IMG/VR virus record: IMGVR_UViG_3300002026_000022
Location: 3,057 to 67,056 of that record
DNA from: a virus
Taxonomy: Duplodnaviria > Caudoviricetes
Direction: 5' to 3' (one strand)
Length of the DNA: 64,000 bases
The notes under the pieces were generated by a model. It was not told the DNA's origin, made no database searches, and saw only the letters and a program-made list of their open reading frames with translations. The position numbers were made by a program, and so were the translations under genes. How positions within the stretch are numbered: the stretch's first letter is position 1; the number at the start of each line of letters is the position of its first letter. This document shows, piece by piece, positions 9,223-19,179 of the stretch.

Positions 9223-10086
9223 ATGAACAAACTTTCAGACATAATAAAAACAATGGTCAATGAACTTGATGAAGCTAATGCCTTTAAATTACAAGAACCT
9301 AATTCTTTAAGACTCGCTAGAATTGGAGCAGAAGCAAGAAGAAAAGCACTTGAAATTATTGCTAAGAAAAAACAAGAAAAGAACCCTGATGATTATTATG
9401 ACAATGGTGATGATACTAAATTAAGAAGAAGAGAAATGGGTGAGAGTGTTGATACCTCAAATTCAGATGAAAGTGCATACGATATTATTAAAAGAAGATT
9501 CTCTTTATTAAAAGAAGGTGCTGGTGGTGCAGACATGAGTCTGTTTTCTAAATCAAAAAAAGACAAAATAGTCGCAAATGATCCAAAGAAAAAAGATACC
9601 AGATCATTCAAATTGTTTCCAAAAGATGAGCAAGCAAAGGTCGTTACTTTAAAAAATTCATTTGATTTATCTGACATATTAAAAAGCAGAATAGAATCAT
9701 TATTTGAAGAAGACGAAGTTCATCCATTCGGCAAGAAAAGAAAGGGTGGAGACGAAGGCAAACCATCTGTAACACAAGCAATTGTGCAAAAAGTACTTGA
9801 TCCAGAAGATAAAGAAGCAGAATCCATTCCTAAAGCAAATAGACATATGAAAATGATTCCACATCCAGAAACAATGGAATCTAGAGAAATGGTATTAAAA
9901 GGGCATGAATTACCATTTCATGTAGAAGATCACAAAGAATTTGTTGATACCATAAGAAGAGACCATAAAGGCGAATTCCTTGATTTATCTGGAAATCATT
10001 TTTCAATACATCATTCCGGTATCACATTACACGGTAAGTTTAGTGGAAAGGGGAAACGCAAATATACCCCTGCACCACGATCATAA
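9223..10086 (+). CDS. Putative internal head (poly)protein
   Basis: Charged low-complexity segments separated by LDE-A, MGE-S, LKE-G, LFEE junctions; start moved to ATG 9223. Confidence 0.55.
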   Translation: MNKLSDIIKTMVNELDEANAFKLQEPNSLRLARIGAEARRKALEIIAKKKQEKNPDDYYDNGDDTKLRRREMGESVDTSNSDESAYDIIKRRFSLLKEGAGGADMSLFSKSKKDKIVANDPKKKDTRSFKLFPKDEQAKVVTLKNSFDLSDILKSRIESLFEEDEVHPFGKKRKGGDEGKPSVTQAIVQKVLDPEDKEAESIPKANRHMKMIPHPETMESREMVLKGHELPFHVEDHKEFVDTIRRDHKGEFLDLSGNHFSIHHSGITLHGKFSGKGKRKYTPAPRS

Positions 10087-10089
10087 ATA
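10082..10089 (+). promoter_or_regulatory. Late promoter (CATAAATA)
   Basis: NATAAATA box overlapping the preceding stop, upstream of ORF 10117. Confidence 0.65.
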
Positions 10090-10116
10090 AATAACACATA
10101 TACTGATGGAATAATA

Positions 10117-10953
10117 ATGAAAAGACGATATAAGGATTTGTTGGAATCTATAAAGAACAACATTCCACCACCAACAGAAGTTCAACATATAGAAGAGGAA
10201 ATTGATCCTATTCGTGAAGCATATGTTGAAGAAAAGATATTCAAGGTTGGAGATATCGTAGAAACAAACACAGGTGACGTTGCAGAAATTATTGATCGTG
10301 GACCAAACTATGTCACATTGATCAAAGAGGGGAATACATTCAAGAAATGGATTACCGACGTTAAACCAACACAATTGGAAGAAAATGCAAAAAGAAGATC
10401 ACAAATCTACAAAGAGTCGTTCATCATCAAAGGGTACAAAACAAAACATTTTACTAGAGAACTATCAGAACAGTTTAGAGACGTTGCAAGGAAGGTGGGA
10501 GACACCTATGCTCTTTACAATTCTGTCGTGTGCTTTGATTCTTTGCTTGGACTATCTGAAGATAATCTAAAAACAGAGTTTGACGAATATCGTGTGTTCT
10601 ATGAAAGAGCACACAAATATTTCAATAAGTTTGATATCAAGGTTGAAGAGATGTCACGTATTGAAGATATATTGTTTGAGTATTCACTCGAAGAAGATAT
10701 TAAATTTGCAGCAACAGATCAAGTTAAGGTGGCATCTATTGTTGCCGCTACTGCTGGCATAGAAGCAAAAGGGTCGGCAGCAAATATTGTAAATGCCGCA
10801 GCAAGGAAAATTAAGTCTGGATCACATGCTCCTGAAGCATGGAAAATTATTGGCAGTCTGCTTAAGAAGGTAGATCAAGCAAATATAAATTGGGATCATG
10901 ATATCTTTGCAAAGAGCACTTTAAAATTTATGGGATTGGAATCCAACGAATGA
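10117..10953 (+). CDS. Conserved T4-like protein with SH3-like beta-barrel segment
   Basis: IREAYVEEKIFKVGDIVE...IIDRGPNYV...FKKWITDVK resembles the C-terminal module of T4-like phage cytidyltransferase-family proteins. No HxGH transferase domain is present. Confidence 0.5.
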   Translation: MKRRYKDLLESIKNNIPPPTEVQHIEEEIDPIREAYVEEKIFKVGDIVETNTGDVAEIIDRGPNYVTLIKEGNTFKKWITDVKPTQLEENAKRRSQIYKESFIIKGYKTKHFTRELSEQFRDVARKVGDTYALYNSVVCFDSLLGLSEDNLKTEFDEYRVFYERAHKYFNKFDIKVEEMSRIEDILFEYSLEEDIKFAATDQVKVASIVAATAGIEAKGSAANIVNAAARKIKSGSHAPEAWKIIGSLLKKVDQANINWDHDIFAKSTLKFMGLESNE

Positions 10954-11228
10954 AACATCAAGAAAGAACAAACATTAAACGTGCAGATTACATTGCTGCT
11001 GGATATGAGTGTGGGAAGGTATTTTCGGACTTCAACACATCATATTTCTTTTCAACCAGAGATGGTGTTAGAAGAAAACATACATTCACGAATACATCAA
11101 TCAAGGTGGAGGTTGTGCCTGAAGAAGTTGTTGAAGCAACAGTTGAAGAACTTCCAGTTGTTGAAGTGGTTGTTGAAGTACAACCAGAACCCATAAAAAA
11201 GAAAACAAGAAAAAAGAAAGGTGCTTAA
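10950..11228 (+). CDS. Hypothetical protein with Val/Glu-rich stretch and basic tail
   Basis: 92-aa ORF with coupled overlaps on both sides. Confidence 0.55.
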   Translation: MKHQERTNIKRADYIAAGYECGKVFSDFNTSYFFSTRDGVRRKHTFTNTSIKVEVVPEEVVEATVEELPVVEVVVEVQPEPIKKKTRKKKGA

Positions 11229-11229
11229 T

Positions 11230-12399
11230 ATGAAAGATCAATTAACTGAGGCAAGAACAATCAACTACGGTTCATACGGAAGATCTGTATATGACGATAA
11301 AAGCGGGAGTGAGGACGGTACGCCAAACGAACATGCCCCTAGTCATGAAGGACAACCAGAAAAACAACCAAAATTTGCAGTTCCAAATGATTTATTTGGG
11401 GTAAAAACCACTCCTGTAAAAGCAAACGCTGGACTGACAAGACCTGGAAAGGGTGCAACTGCTGCGGAAAAATTGGCATTCCGTAAAGCACTACAATCAA
11501 AAATGAAAGTGGAATCTTTTGATGCAATGTTTTCTCTTGACGAGAAGTTTTGTGGCAGTGATGAGTTTAGAGCAGGTATGAAAAAAGCAATTAAGATTCC
11601 AAAGAAAAGTCTTAAAGATGAAAAAGATTCTGCTAAGTTGGATGAAAGCGCATATGATGAACATAATTCCGGTGAAGCAATGAGAACCGGAGCAGGTATC
11701 GAAAGATCATCTGCTCCACGAGAAAAGACGGTTTCTCATGTCGTTATGCATCCTGAAACAAATAAACCCGTTGGTAGATATCCAAATACCACACAAGGGA
11801 AAACTCAAGCTGCATTGCATGCAGTAAAAATTAAAGGAAAAGTTAGACAGATTGCAGAAAGCATTTCCAATGGGTTTAAAACACCACCAGAAAAAGGAAC
11901 AAGAGTATCTGTAGATTATGGTCAAGGTACAAAGAAAACCGGAACTGTTATTGGATCAGACACAGAAACCAGTGGAACAAAATTCAAGACAGATAAAGGT
12001 GATATTCATGTTGCCCATCATTCATTAATGGTAAAAGAAGATATCAACGAATCTATCAAAATCAAACCAGAGACTGATGGCAAGCGTGATAATGCTGAGT
12101 TGAAAAAGAATCTAGGTAAAAAAGATCCACAGATTAAAGCAGAAAAACATCCTGTAGATAAACATACTAATGGTATTAAATGCATGGAGGGTGTTGAACT
12201 CTTTATAGTTAAAGAAGGATTCCAATATCATTACGAACTTATTTCTGACGATGAAGTAATCAAAGAAGGAATCTCTATTACAGAGAGTGGAATCTATTCA
12301 GATATTTCCCGTTTCTTTGGTTCAATCAAAGAGAATATTGTCGATAAAGAATCACAAGTAGATAGAGTTAAAACTATCATCACTAAATATACTAAGTAA
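11230..12399 (+). CDS. Putative internal head (poly)protein
   Basis: Starts MKDQLTE-A; repeated LDE-K, LDE-S, IAE-S, INE-S, IKE-G junctions between Lys-rich modules. Confidence 0.55.
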   Translation: MKDQLTEARTINYGSYGRSVYDDKSGSEDGTPNEHAPSHEGQPEKQPKFAVPNDLFGVKTTPVKANAGLTRPGKGATAAEKLAFRKALQSKMKVESFDAMFSLDEKFCGSDEFRAGMKKAIKIPKKSLKDEKDSAKLDESAYDEHNSGEAMRTGAGIERSSAPREKTVSHVVMHPETNKPVGRYPNTTQGKTQAALHAVKIKGKVRQIAESISNGFKTPPEKGTRVSVDYGQGTKKTGTVIGSDTETSGTKFKTDKGDIHVAHHSLMVKEDINESIKIKPETDGKRDNAELKKNLGKKDPQIKAEKHPVDKHTNGIKCMEGVELFIVKEGFQYHYELISDDEVIKEGISITESGIYSDISRFFGSIKENIVDKESQVDRVKTIITKYTK

Positions 12400-12463
12400 A
12401 TTGTGTAACACAGATCGAAGCATGTTGCTGAGACAGATGTCACAATAATAAAGGAGAAGTAAA

Positions 12464-13276
12464 ATGTCAATGATTTCAAATACAGTAGGTTCATATCCAT
12501 CAAAATTGCAGGGTACAATGGTTTTTGATGCGGGTGGTGCAGATGATTTCACCCCAGGCGAGACAGTAACAGGGACTGATTTTTCCGCAAAAGTATGCGG
12601 TTGGAATGCAGCAACATATACTTTAGTGCTTAAGAAGATTGTTGGTAATCCAGCATCAGGGATTACTGTTACTGGCGGCACATCAGGTGCTGCATGGGTG
12701 GTTGCAACAATTACTGAAACTACATCAGGTGGTATTGGTGTTAATACAGGTGGATGGAATATTCGTGAAACCCCATCAGGTATCACCAAGTCACAAAAAG
12801 TAGGTTCAAGAGTTAAAGTTGAAGTCATGTTGGCTAACCAAAACCTCTCAGTAACTCGTGGTGATCTTGGTACTGCTGCTACCTTTACATTGACTGGTGG
12901 TGCATGGACTGTACAAACTGATGATACATGGGACGTTTCAAACGGCGATACAATTTCGTTCTCTATCAAGTCAACAGAACCTGTTAGATTGCCTGATGGT
13001 TCAACATATGCGTTTGAAATTACTGATGCAACTGTTCCTGCTAAGACTGCAACATTGTTGTCTTCATCTGCAGATAAGATGACCCACTTGTTCAGTTACA
13101 ATGTTGTTGCTGGTGATACAACTGGAACAGACTTCACTATTACAACTGGTAACTTAGGTTTGAATGGTGGCACTGCATACGAAATTGCTGATAGTGGCGC
13201 ACGTAAGGCATTGACTGCACCAGTTGCTGTTGATGGCACATTAGCAAGCAAAACTGGCGTAACAATTCAAGCATAA
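12464..13276 (+). CDS. Virion structural protein (beta-rich)
   Basis: RBS AAGGAG; Thr/Gly-rich; GETVTG and GGWNIR...RVKVEVMLA motifs resemble T4-like virion decoration proteins. Confidence 0.55.
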   Translation: MSMISNTVGSYPSKLQGTMVFDAGGADDFTPGETVTGTDFSAKVCGWNAATYTLVLKKIVGNPASGITVTGGTSGAAWVVATITETTSGGIGVNTGGWNIRETPSGITKSQKVGSRVKVEVMLANQNLSVTRGDLGTAATFTLTGGAWTVQTDDTWDVSNGDTISFSIKSTEPVRLPDGSTYAFEITDATVPAKTATLLSSSADKMTHLFSYNVVAGDTTGTDFTITTGNLGLNGGTAYEIADSGARKALTAPVAVDGTLASKTGVTIQA

Positions 13277-13284
13277 GGTAGAAA

Positions 13285-13731
13285 ATGGCCGATAAGAAAA
13301 TTTCGGAACTAACGGCAGCAACGTCCGTCTCAACAACGGACGTTGTTCCTATTGTTCAAGGAACCACAACAAAGAAAATTACTCCTGTAGTTTTATTTGA
13401 GAACATTCCATCGTCTGTTAAATATGCTGGCGTATGCGTTGAAACTGGAACACCTGATGTTATTTCATCTGGTGCTATTTCTGTTACTACTGCAATTACC
13501 TATATAACAAACATCACTACAAGTGTTATGACAGTAACGTTAGCAGATGGAGTACAAGGGCAAGAGAAAACAATTCTCATGACTATTAGGGATACTCATA
13601 ATATGACATTAACCTGCACCAATTCGTCATTTACAAATATTACTTTCAATGGTATTGGGCAGACGGCAAAATTGAAATTCATGAATAGTAAATGGCATAT
13701 CTTATCTGTTTATGGTGCAACAGCAACTTAA
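13285..13731 (+). CDS. Fibre-like structural protein (MADKKISEL family)
   Basis: N-terminal MADKKISELTAATSV...VPIVQG is typical of phage fibre modules. Confidence 0.55.
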   Translation: MADKKISELTAATSVSTTDVVPIVQGTTTKKITPVVLFENIPSSVKYAGVCVETGTPDVISSGAISVTTAITYITNITTSVMTVTLADGVQGQEKTILMTIRDTHNMTLTCTNSSFTNITFNGIGQTAKLKFMNSKWHILSVYGATAT

Positions 13732-13740
13732 GGAAATGAA

Positions 13741-14694
13741 ATGGCAGATATAAAAGTATCTAATTTGACATTAGCCACAACTACAGATCAAAATGATCTG
13801 TTTATGATTGTTCAAAATCAAACAAACAAGAGGCTAACACTAGAAACATTGTTAGGCAATTTGAATACTAATGTCACCATAAACAGTAAATTGGAAAATA
13901 TAGACTTGTGTGTTAACGGGTCAAATAAGTCAAATTTATTGTATGTAAGTTCTGGATACAACGGTGTTGGTATAGGAACGTCAACCCCATCTGCTGCATT
14001 GCAGGTGATCGGAAATTTAAAGTTAGGCGAGAACAAAAATGTAACAAGAAATATTGTCAATGTTACTGTTGGTTCGCCAGTCGATGGGTATAAATTGGTG
14101 ACAATATTTACCTCAACAGACGAAGATAGTATTACTGGTTTGTTTAATGCTGGTGATGTTGTTTTGGTATCTGGCATAACAGAATATGATATGTCTGTGC
14201 CGTTAGATCCAGTTCTAGTTACATCAGTCGCATTAAACGGGTTCAAACAAATTCAACAAGGCAGTAACTACAGTTTTGGTTATAAGGTTCCTGAAGAAGT
14301 AATCACCGATTACATTATTACCACAGGCATGACTGCTATTGCCCATAAGAAAATTTTCAGACCTGGGGTGTTGATCAATTCGATTGAACAGATATCACAT
14401 GATGAAAACTCTGGTATATTTTTCATTGATTCAAACTATAACGTGTCTGGACTAAACATTACTGGCGATTGTATGTTTTCGATAATCGATGCGGCATTGG
14501 TTGGGCAAGAGAAGAAAATTTTCTTGAAGAGTTCGTATAGTTCTGGCGATAAGGCAACTATTTCAAATATTAATGGTGCTGGTTTTAATACAATAGTTTT
14601 AGAAACGAATGGAGACTCAGTGACACTTATGTATGAAGATGATTCGTGGGTGTGTTTAACAACATATGGGACGGTTACAGTTTCGCAAGAATGA
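13741..14694 (+). CDS. Fibre-like structural protein, paralogue of 13285
   Basis: N-terminus MADIKVSNL...FMIVQN; C-terminal GQEKKI...SVTLMY..W resembles the upstream gene; contains GVGIGTSTPSAALQVIG, a fibre-shaft motif. Confidence 0.55.
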   Translation: MADIKVSNLTLATTTDQNDLFMIVQNQTNKRLTLETLLGNLNTNVTINSKLENIDLCVNGSNKSNLLYVSSGYNGVGIGTSTPSAALQVIGNLKLGENKNVTRNIVNVTVGSPVDGYKLVTIFTSTDEDSITGLFNAGDVVLVSGITEYDMSVPLDPVLVTSVALNGFKQIQQGSNYSFGYKVPEEVITDYIITTGMTAIAHKKIFRPGVLINSIEQISHDENSGIFFIDSNYNVSGLNITGDCMFSIIDAALVGQEKKIFLKSSYSSGDKATISNINGAGFNTIVLETNGDSVTLMYEDDSWVCLTTYGTVTVSQE

Positions 14695-15056
14695 TAGAAA
14701 ACTTTGTTCAGTTTGCAATGAAGCATTACATTAATACTCATTGCACAACAGTGGAAGAATTTGAGAAAGACATAGATAAAATCAGTTATTTAAATAAACT
14801 ATTTTATCGATACTATGAGAAAGACGATTTAAACGCCCGACTGATGCTTAACCACATCATTATTCTATATAACGTGTTCGAATCAGATGCATGTACAGAA
14901 ATGCTGTTTTACAAAACGAAAGAAAAGTATTGGTCTGGTCTAAAGACATTTTTAACATATTTGAGTTATATGCCTGAATATGTTAAAAGTGTTTCAGTAC
15001 AGGATAGTAATATACCAATTGACTTAAATATAGCAGAAGAACTTAGAAAGATATAG
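14691..15056 (+). CDS. Conserved T4-like hypothetical protein
   Basis: NFVQFAMKHY...EEFEKDI..I.YLNKLF.RY...RLMLNHIIILYNVF is a recognisable T4-like core family; start moved to ATG 14691. Confidence 0.7.
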   Translation: MIENFVQFAMKHYINTHCTTVEEFEKDIDKISYLNKLFYRYYEKDDLNARLMLNHIIILYNVFESDACTEMLFYKTKEKYWSGLKTFLTYLSYMPEYVKSVSVQDSNIPIDLNIAEELRKI

Positions 15057-15058
15057 AA

Positions 15059-15574
15059 ATGATTATCGATAATGTAATTGCCCTTAGAATAATGTACTTA
15101 CTTGTACGACCATTTAAAACATGGCCAGCATGCAAGCAAGGTATTATTGATGACGAAGGCAATCTTATCAACTCAAAAAAGAAAAGTTCTGATTGGTCAT
15201 TGCTACATAAGATGGTGGCAAAATTGAAAAGATTTATTCAATTAGCCCCAGGTGGCAAATCTGTTATTGCTTCGTTGGTTGGGGCATATATGCTTGTTAA
15301 AGAGCAATATGAAAATGACATTGAATATGAAGATTTAGCAGAAAGATATGAACTGATGATGGAAATGATTACTGAAGAAGATGTTGCCAAATACACACCA
15401 CTAATTGAAGAGTTTGCTGGAACTGGTATTAGTAGTTCTGTTGGAACTAAACAAACAAATGGAGTTGGTGATCCAATAGTTAAAAGTGGAAAAGATTATA
15501 AAACTAAAAACAAGATGTTCCGTCGTCAGAATTTACCTATTCCATTCAAAGAGTTTATAAGTGACCGTAAATAA
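15059..15574 (+). CDS. Conserved T4-like hypothetical protein
   Basis: LLVRPFKTWPACKQGIIDDEG motif; this family usually neighbours the preceding one. Confidence 0.6.
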   Translation: MIIDNVIALRIMYLLVRPFKTWPACKQGIIDDEGNLINSKKKSSDWSLLHKMVAKLKRFIQLAPGGKSVIASLVGAYMLVKEQYENDIEYEDLAERYELMMEMITEEDVAKYTPLIEEFAGTGISSSVGTKQTNGVGDPIVKSGKDYKTKNKMFRRQNLPIPFKEFISDRK

Positions 15575-16295
15575 ATACTTTGTCAAAAACAGTCCTCTTG
15601 AACAGACGTTATTTCAAGGATTAGTAACTGAATCAATTCAGGTCATAGGACATGATGTATATTATTTGCCTAGAAAATTGCAGAGACTTGACCTCGTTCT
15701 AGGTGAGGATGTTCTAAGCAAGTTTGATCTTGCTATTCCAATTGAAATGTATATGAATAATGTCGCTGGCGGCGAGATGGATTTGCTATCAAAGTTTGGA
15801 TTGCAAGTTAAGGAACAAATTCATTATGAAGTGTCAAAAGAAAGATGGGTCGATGCAATTAAAACCCCATATGGTTCAACTGGCACAAACCGTTTATATA
15901 ATGATTTAAGACCACAAGAAGGTGACTTAATATATGAGTCTATGACAGATTCATTATACGAAATAATGTATGTTGATAAAGAAGCACCATACTACCAATT
16001 GGGAACAAACTACATGTTCAAATTTACATGTGAGTTGTTCAATTATAGTCATGAGGAAATTAGCACAGGAATTGCTGCAATAGATAGTATTGAGACAGAC
16101 TTCTCTGCTGATCTATTACAGTTTGAGATGTTATTAGAAGATGGAGAAACAATAACGCAAGAAAATGGCAAGTCTATTATTCAGGATGCGGAAAAATCCC
16201 CTGCTGCCCCTGAATATGACAAAACACAATCAATTAAGAGTGCTGCAGAATGGTTGGAATGGTCTGCAGATAACCCATTTGGATCGGTTAAATAA
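15561..16295 (+). CDS. gp14: Neck protein gp14
   Basis: EQTLFQGLVTESIQVIGHDVYYLPR, LSKFGLQ, RPQEGDLIY, YYQLG, CELFNYSHE. Confidence 0.92.
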   Translation: MTVNKYFVKNSPLEQTLFQGLVTESIQVIGHDVYYLPRKLQRLDLVLGEDVLSKFDLAIPIEMYMNNVAGGEMDLLSKFGLQVKEQIHYEVSKERWVDAIKTPYGSTGTNRLYNDLRPQEGDLIYESMTDSLYEIMYVDKEAPYYQLGTNYMFKFTCELFNYSHEEISTGIAAIDSIETDFSADLLQFEMLLEDGETITQENGKSIIQDAEKSPAAPEYDKTQSIKSAAEWLEWSADNPFGSVK

Positions 16296-17053
16296 TGTTC
16301 GGATACTCACCATACTATCATCAAATTATACGCAAGATGGTTATCTCGTTTGGGAAACTATTTTCTGACTTGACCATTGAAAGATTCGATTCCAATTTGG
16401 AAGTAGCACAGGTGATCAAAGTGCCAATCGCATATGGTCCAAAAGAAAAATGGTTACGTAGGCTACAAGAGAACCCAGACTTGAGCAAACAGGTCAAGAT
16501 GGAACTTCCTCGTATGTCATTCGAGATTGTAAATTATCAATACGATCCAGAGAGAAAACTTGGTCCAAACCAAAATTATTTACGTGATCTTCAAGGTAGA
16601 AAAGTATCTACTCCAATTCCATACAATATCGATATGGTGTTATACGTTGCTACCAGAACACAAGATGACATGTTAAATATCATGGAACAAATATTACCTT
16701 TCTTTGCACCGGCAGTCACTATACATGTCAAGGTGATGGACGATCCATTACAAATTATCGACGTGCCTATCACAATAAACAACATCACCAACGAAGATAA
16801 TTGGGATGAAGATTTTGAAGAATCACGAATCATCGTTACCACTATATCATTCACCATGAAGACATACATCTTTGGACCAATCATCGATCCTGCAATCATC
16901 AAGAGAACTATTACCGATATTGCACAAAGACCAGATGTCGATAAATATGACAGTCCAATGGACTCAAGGCACACTGCAGAACTTAATCCGTTTGCAGAAA
17001 CAGAAAAACCTGCTGATCCACATTCGGTCGATGAATTTTTTATTAATTGGTAA
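16295..17053 (+). CDS. gp15: Tail sheath stabiliser/terminator gp15
   Basis: YHQIIRKMVISFGKLF, KVPIAYGPKEK, LPRMSFE, EQILPFFAP. Confidence 0.93.
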   Translation: MFGYSPYYHQIIRKMVISFGKLFSDLTIERFDSNLEVAQVIKVPIAYGPKEKWLRRLQENPDLSKQVKMELPRMSFEIVNYQYDPERKLGPNQNYLRDLQGRKVSTPIPYNIDMVLYVATRTQDDMLNIMEQILPFFAPAVTIHVKVMDDPLQIIDVPITINNITNEDNWDEDFEESRIIVTTISFTMKTYIFGPIIDPAIIKRTITDIAQRPDVDKYDSPMDSRHTAELNPFAETEKPADPHSVDEFFINW

Positions 17054-17059
17054 TACACT

Positions 17060-17482
17060 ATGTCCATATATGATGCCCTCAATATTGAACCTCCAACGCA
17101 AGTAGAGGTTGTTCAGGATAATGAATCGATCATAATTCCAGATGGTGGCAATGCACCAGAAGATACTGACTTTAATTATGCTCGTGGCAACTATTATGAA
17201 ATAATTGAACAAGGTAAAGCAGCAGTCCATACGGCAATGCGTATTGCTGCAGAATCAGAGAACCCTCGTGCGATTGAAGTACTATCTGGTCTCATGAAAA
17301 ATATGGCAGATATCAACAAGCAATTGATCATGATGAGCAAAGATAAGGCAGACGTTAAAACTGCACGTGGCACAAAATCAACACAACCTATGCAACAAAT
17401 TGGTACTGTTCAACAAGCAGTATTTGTTGGTTCATCATCTGATCTTAATAAACTTTTAGCCGAAAAAGCTGTCAAGGAGTAA
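17060..17482 (+). CDS. gp16: Terminase small subunit gp16
   Basis: DFNYARGNYYEIIEQG, ESENPRAIEVLS, VFVGSSSDLNKLL; lies directly before gp17. Confidence 0.9.
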   Translation: MSIYDALNIEPPTQVEVVQDNESIIIPDGGNAPEDTDFNYARGNYYEIIEQGKAAVHTAMRIAAESENPRAIEVLSGLMKNMADINKQLIMMSKDKADVKTARGTKSTQPMQQIGTVQQAVFVGSSSDLNKLLAEKAVKE

Positions 17483-17486
17483 GTCC

Positions 17487-19127
17487 TTGATTTCACAAGA
17501 TCTTATTGATTATCTCCAGTCGTTCTCGTTTAGGTCAAACTCTAATTTAAGACCTAAAGGGGCAACAATATCCTATACAGAGGATATGATTGCAGAATTA
17601 ATAAAATGCAAGAATGATCCCGTTTACTTCATTTCGAATTATGTAAAAGTTGTGCACCCAGATAGGGGCATTGTACTCATGGAATTGTATGAGTATCAGG
17701 AACGCATGGTTCGTGCATATCATGACAATCGTCGTGTGATATTTCTGACTGCAAGACAACAAGGTAAAACAACAGTATCTGCAGCATATTTTGTTTGGTA
17801 TGTATTGTTCAATGACAACAAGTCAGTCGCTATCATGGCAAACAAACAAGCAACTGCGTTTGAAATTATGGATCGTTTTCGTCTCGCGTATGAAAATTTG
17901 CCAAAATGGATGCAACAGGGAGTAGAGACATGGAATCGTGGTTCTGTCTCATTGGAAAATGGTTCAAAAGTATTTGGTGCTGCAACAACAAGTTCTGGTA
18001 CTCGTGGTAAGACGGTTAACATCCTATACCTTGACGAATTTGCATTCGTTGATAACAACCTAGCAGAGGCATTCTTTACTGCTGTGTATCCTACAATTAC
18101 TGCCGGTAAGGATACCAAGGTATTGATGACTAGCACACCAAACGGGTTTAACCACTTCTACAAATTCTGGAATGAGGCACAAAGTGGTGTGAATGGATTC
18201 TACCCATTAAGAGTTCATTGGTATGAAACCCCAGGTCGTGATAAAACGTGGTATGAAGAACAAAAAGCAGTATTGGGTGAAATGAAAGCCGCACAAGAAT
18301 TGGATGCAGAATTTCTTGGTTCATCCCGTCAGTTATTAACTGCTGCGACGATGAGTAGATTAACATTTGATATCCCCACTCAAGAATTTAGCACTGGCGA
18401 ATACACTGGACTAAAGATATATCAATACCCAGAAAAGGGTAAGAAATACACCATGACTGTCGACGTTTCTAGAGGAAGGCACTTAGACTCGTCTGCGTTC
18501 ATGATTTTTGATGTTTCAGAATACCCACATCGTATAGTTGCTTCATACAATAATGCACAAATCGCACCACTGCAATATGCTGCATTGGTATATCACTTTG
18601 CTCTTCAATACAACGCGGCATATGTACTAATTGAGATTAATGATGTGGGCGCACAGGTTGCAGATGAAATGTACTTCACGTATGAGTATGAAGAGTTATA
18701 TTGGTCTAAATCCGGTGATGTGCTAGGTAAGAAGGGTGCAGACCCATATCCAGGTGTTCGTACTACAAAGAAGACTAAACGCATTGGTTGCGCTAATCTA
18801 AAAGACATCATAGAAAAGAATCAATTGATCGTGAATGATCAACAAGCAATTCAAGAATTATCAACTTTTGTACAGGCAGATTCTGGTTCATATGAAGCAG
18901 ATGAAGGGTTTCATGATGACATGGTGGCATGTCTGTGGTTATTTGCTTGGTTGGTTACACAACCGTGGTTTGTCGATTTATATGACAAATCTATCAGAAA
19001 TCAGATGTACAACAATGCAATTGCCAAGATGGAAGATGATTTATTGCCATTTTTTGTTCAAGATGGTAGAGAAAGATATGATGAGCAGACCCCAGAAGAA
19101 TTGGGAATGGCGATGTTGCTACATTGA
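17487..19127 (+). CDS. gp17: Terminase large subunit gp17
   Basis: Walker A ARQQGKTT, Walker B LYLDEFAF, TSTPNG, nuclease DVSRG and HDDMV; TTG start behind AAGGAG. Confidence 0.96.
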   Translation: MISQDLIDYLQSFSFRSNSNLRPKGATISYTEDMIAELIKCKNDPVYFISNYVKVVHPDRGIVLMELYEYQERMVRAYHDNRRVIFLTARQQGKTTVSAAYFVWYVLFNDNKSVAIMANKQATAFEIMDRFRLAYENLPKWMQQGVETWNRGSVSLENGSKVFGAATTSSGTRGKTVNILYLDEFAFVDNNLAEAFFTAVYPTITAGKDTKVLMTSTPNGFNHFYKFWNEAQSGVNGFYPLRVHWYETPGRDKTWYEEQKAVLGEMKAAQELDAEFLGSSRQLLTAATMSRLTFDIPTQEFSTGEYTGLKIYQYPEKGKKYTMTVDVSRGRHLDSSAFMIFDVSEYPHRIVASYNNAQIAPLQYAALVYHFALQYNAAYVLIEINDVGAQVADEMYFTYEYEELYWSKSGDVLGKKGADPYPGVRTTKKTKRIGCANLKDIIEKNQLIVNDQQAIQELSTFVQADSGSYEADEGFHDDMVACLWLFAWLVTQPWFVDLYDKSIRNQMYNNAIAKMEDDLLPFFVQDGRERYDEQTPEELGMAMLLH

Positions 19128-19133
19128 TAAATA
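19126..19133 (+). promoter_or_regulatory. Late promoter (GATAAATA)
   Basis: NATAAATA box at the end of gp17, upstream of ORF 19180. Confidence 0.6.
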
Positions 19134-19179
19134 TTATAAATTCATTATATTTCTTCAACCTTTTCTCAGAAAGTAATTT

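Noticed and set aside
15570-15577. AATAAATA as a late promoter for gp14
   Set aside because: It lies downstream of the probable gp14 GTG start (15561), so it could not produce the full mRNA; may be coincidental.
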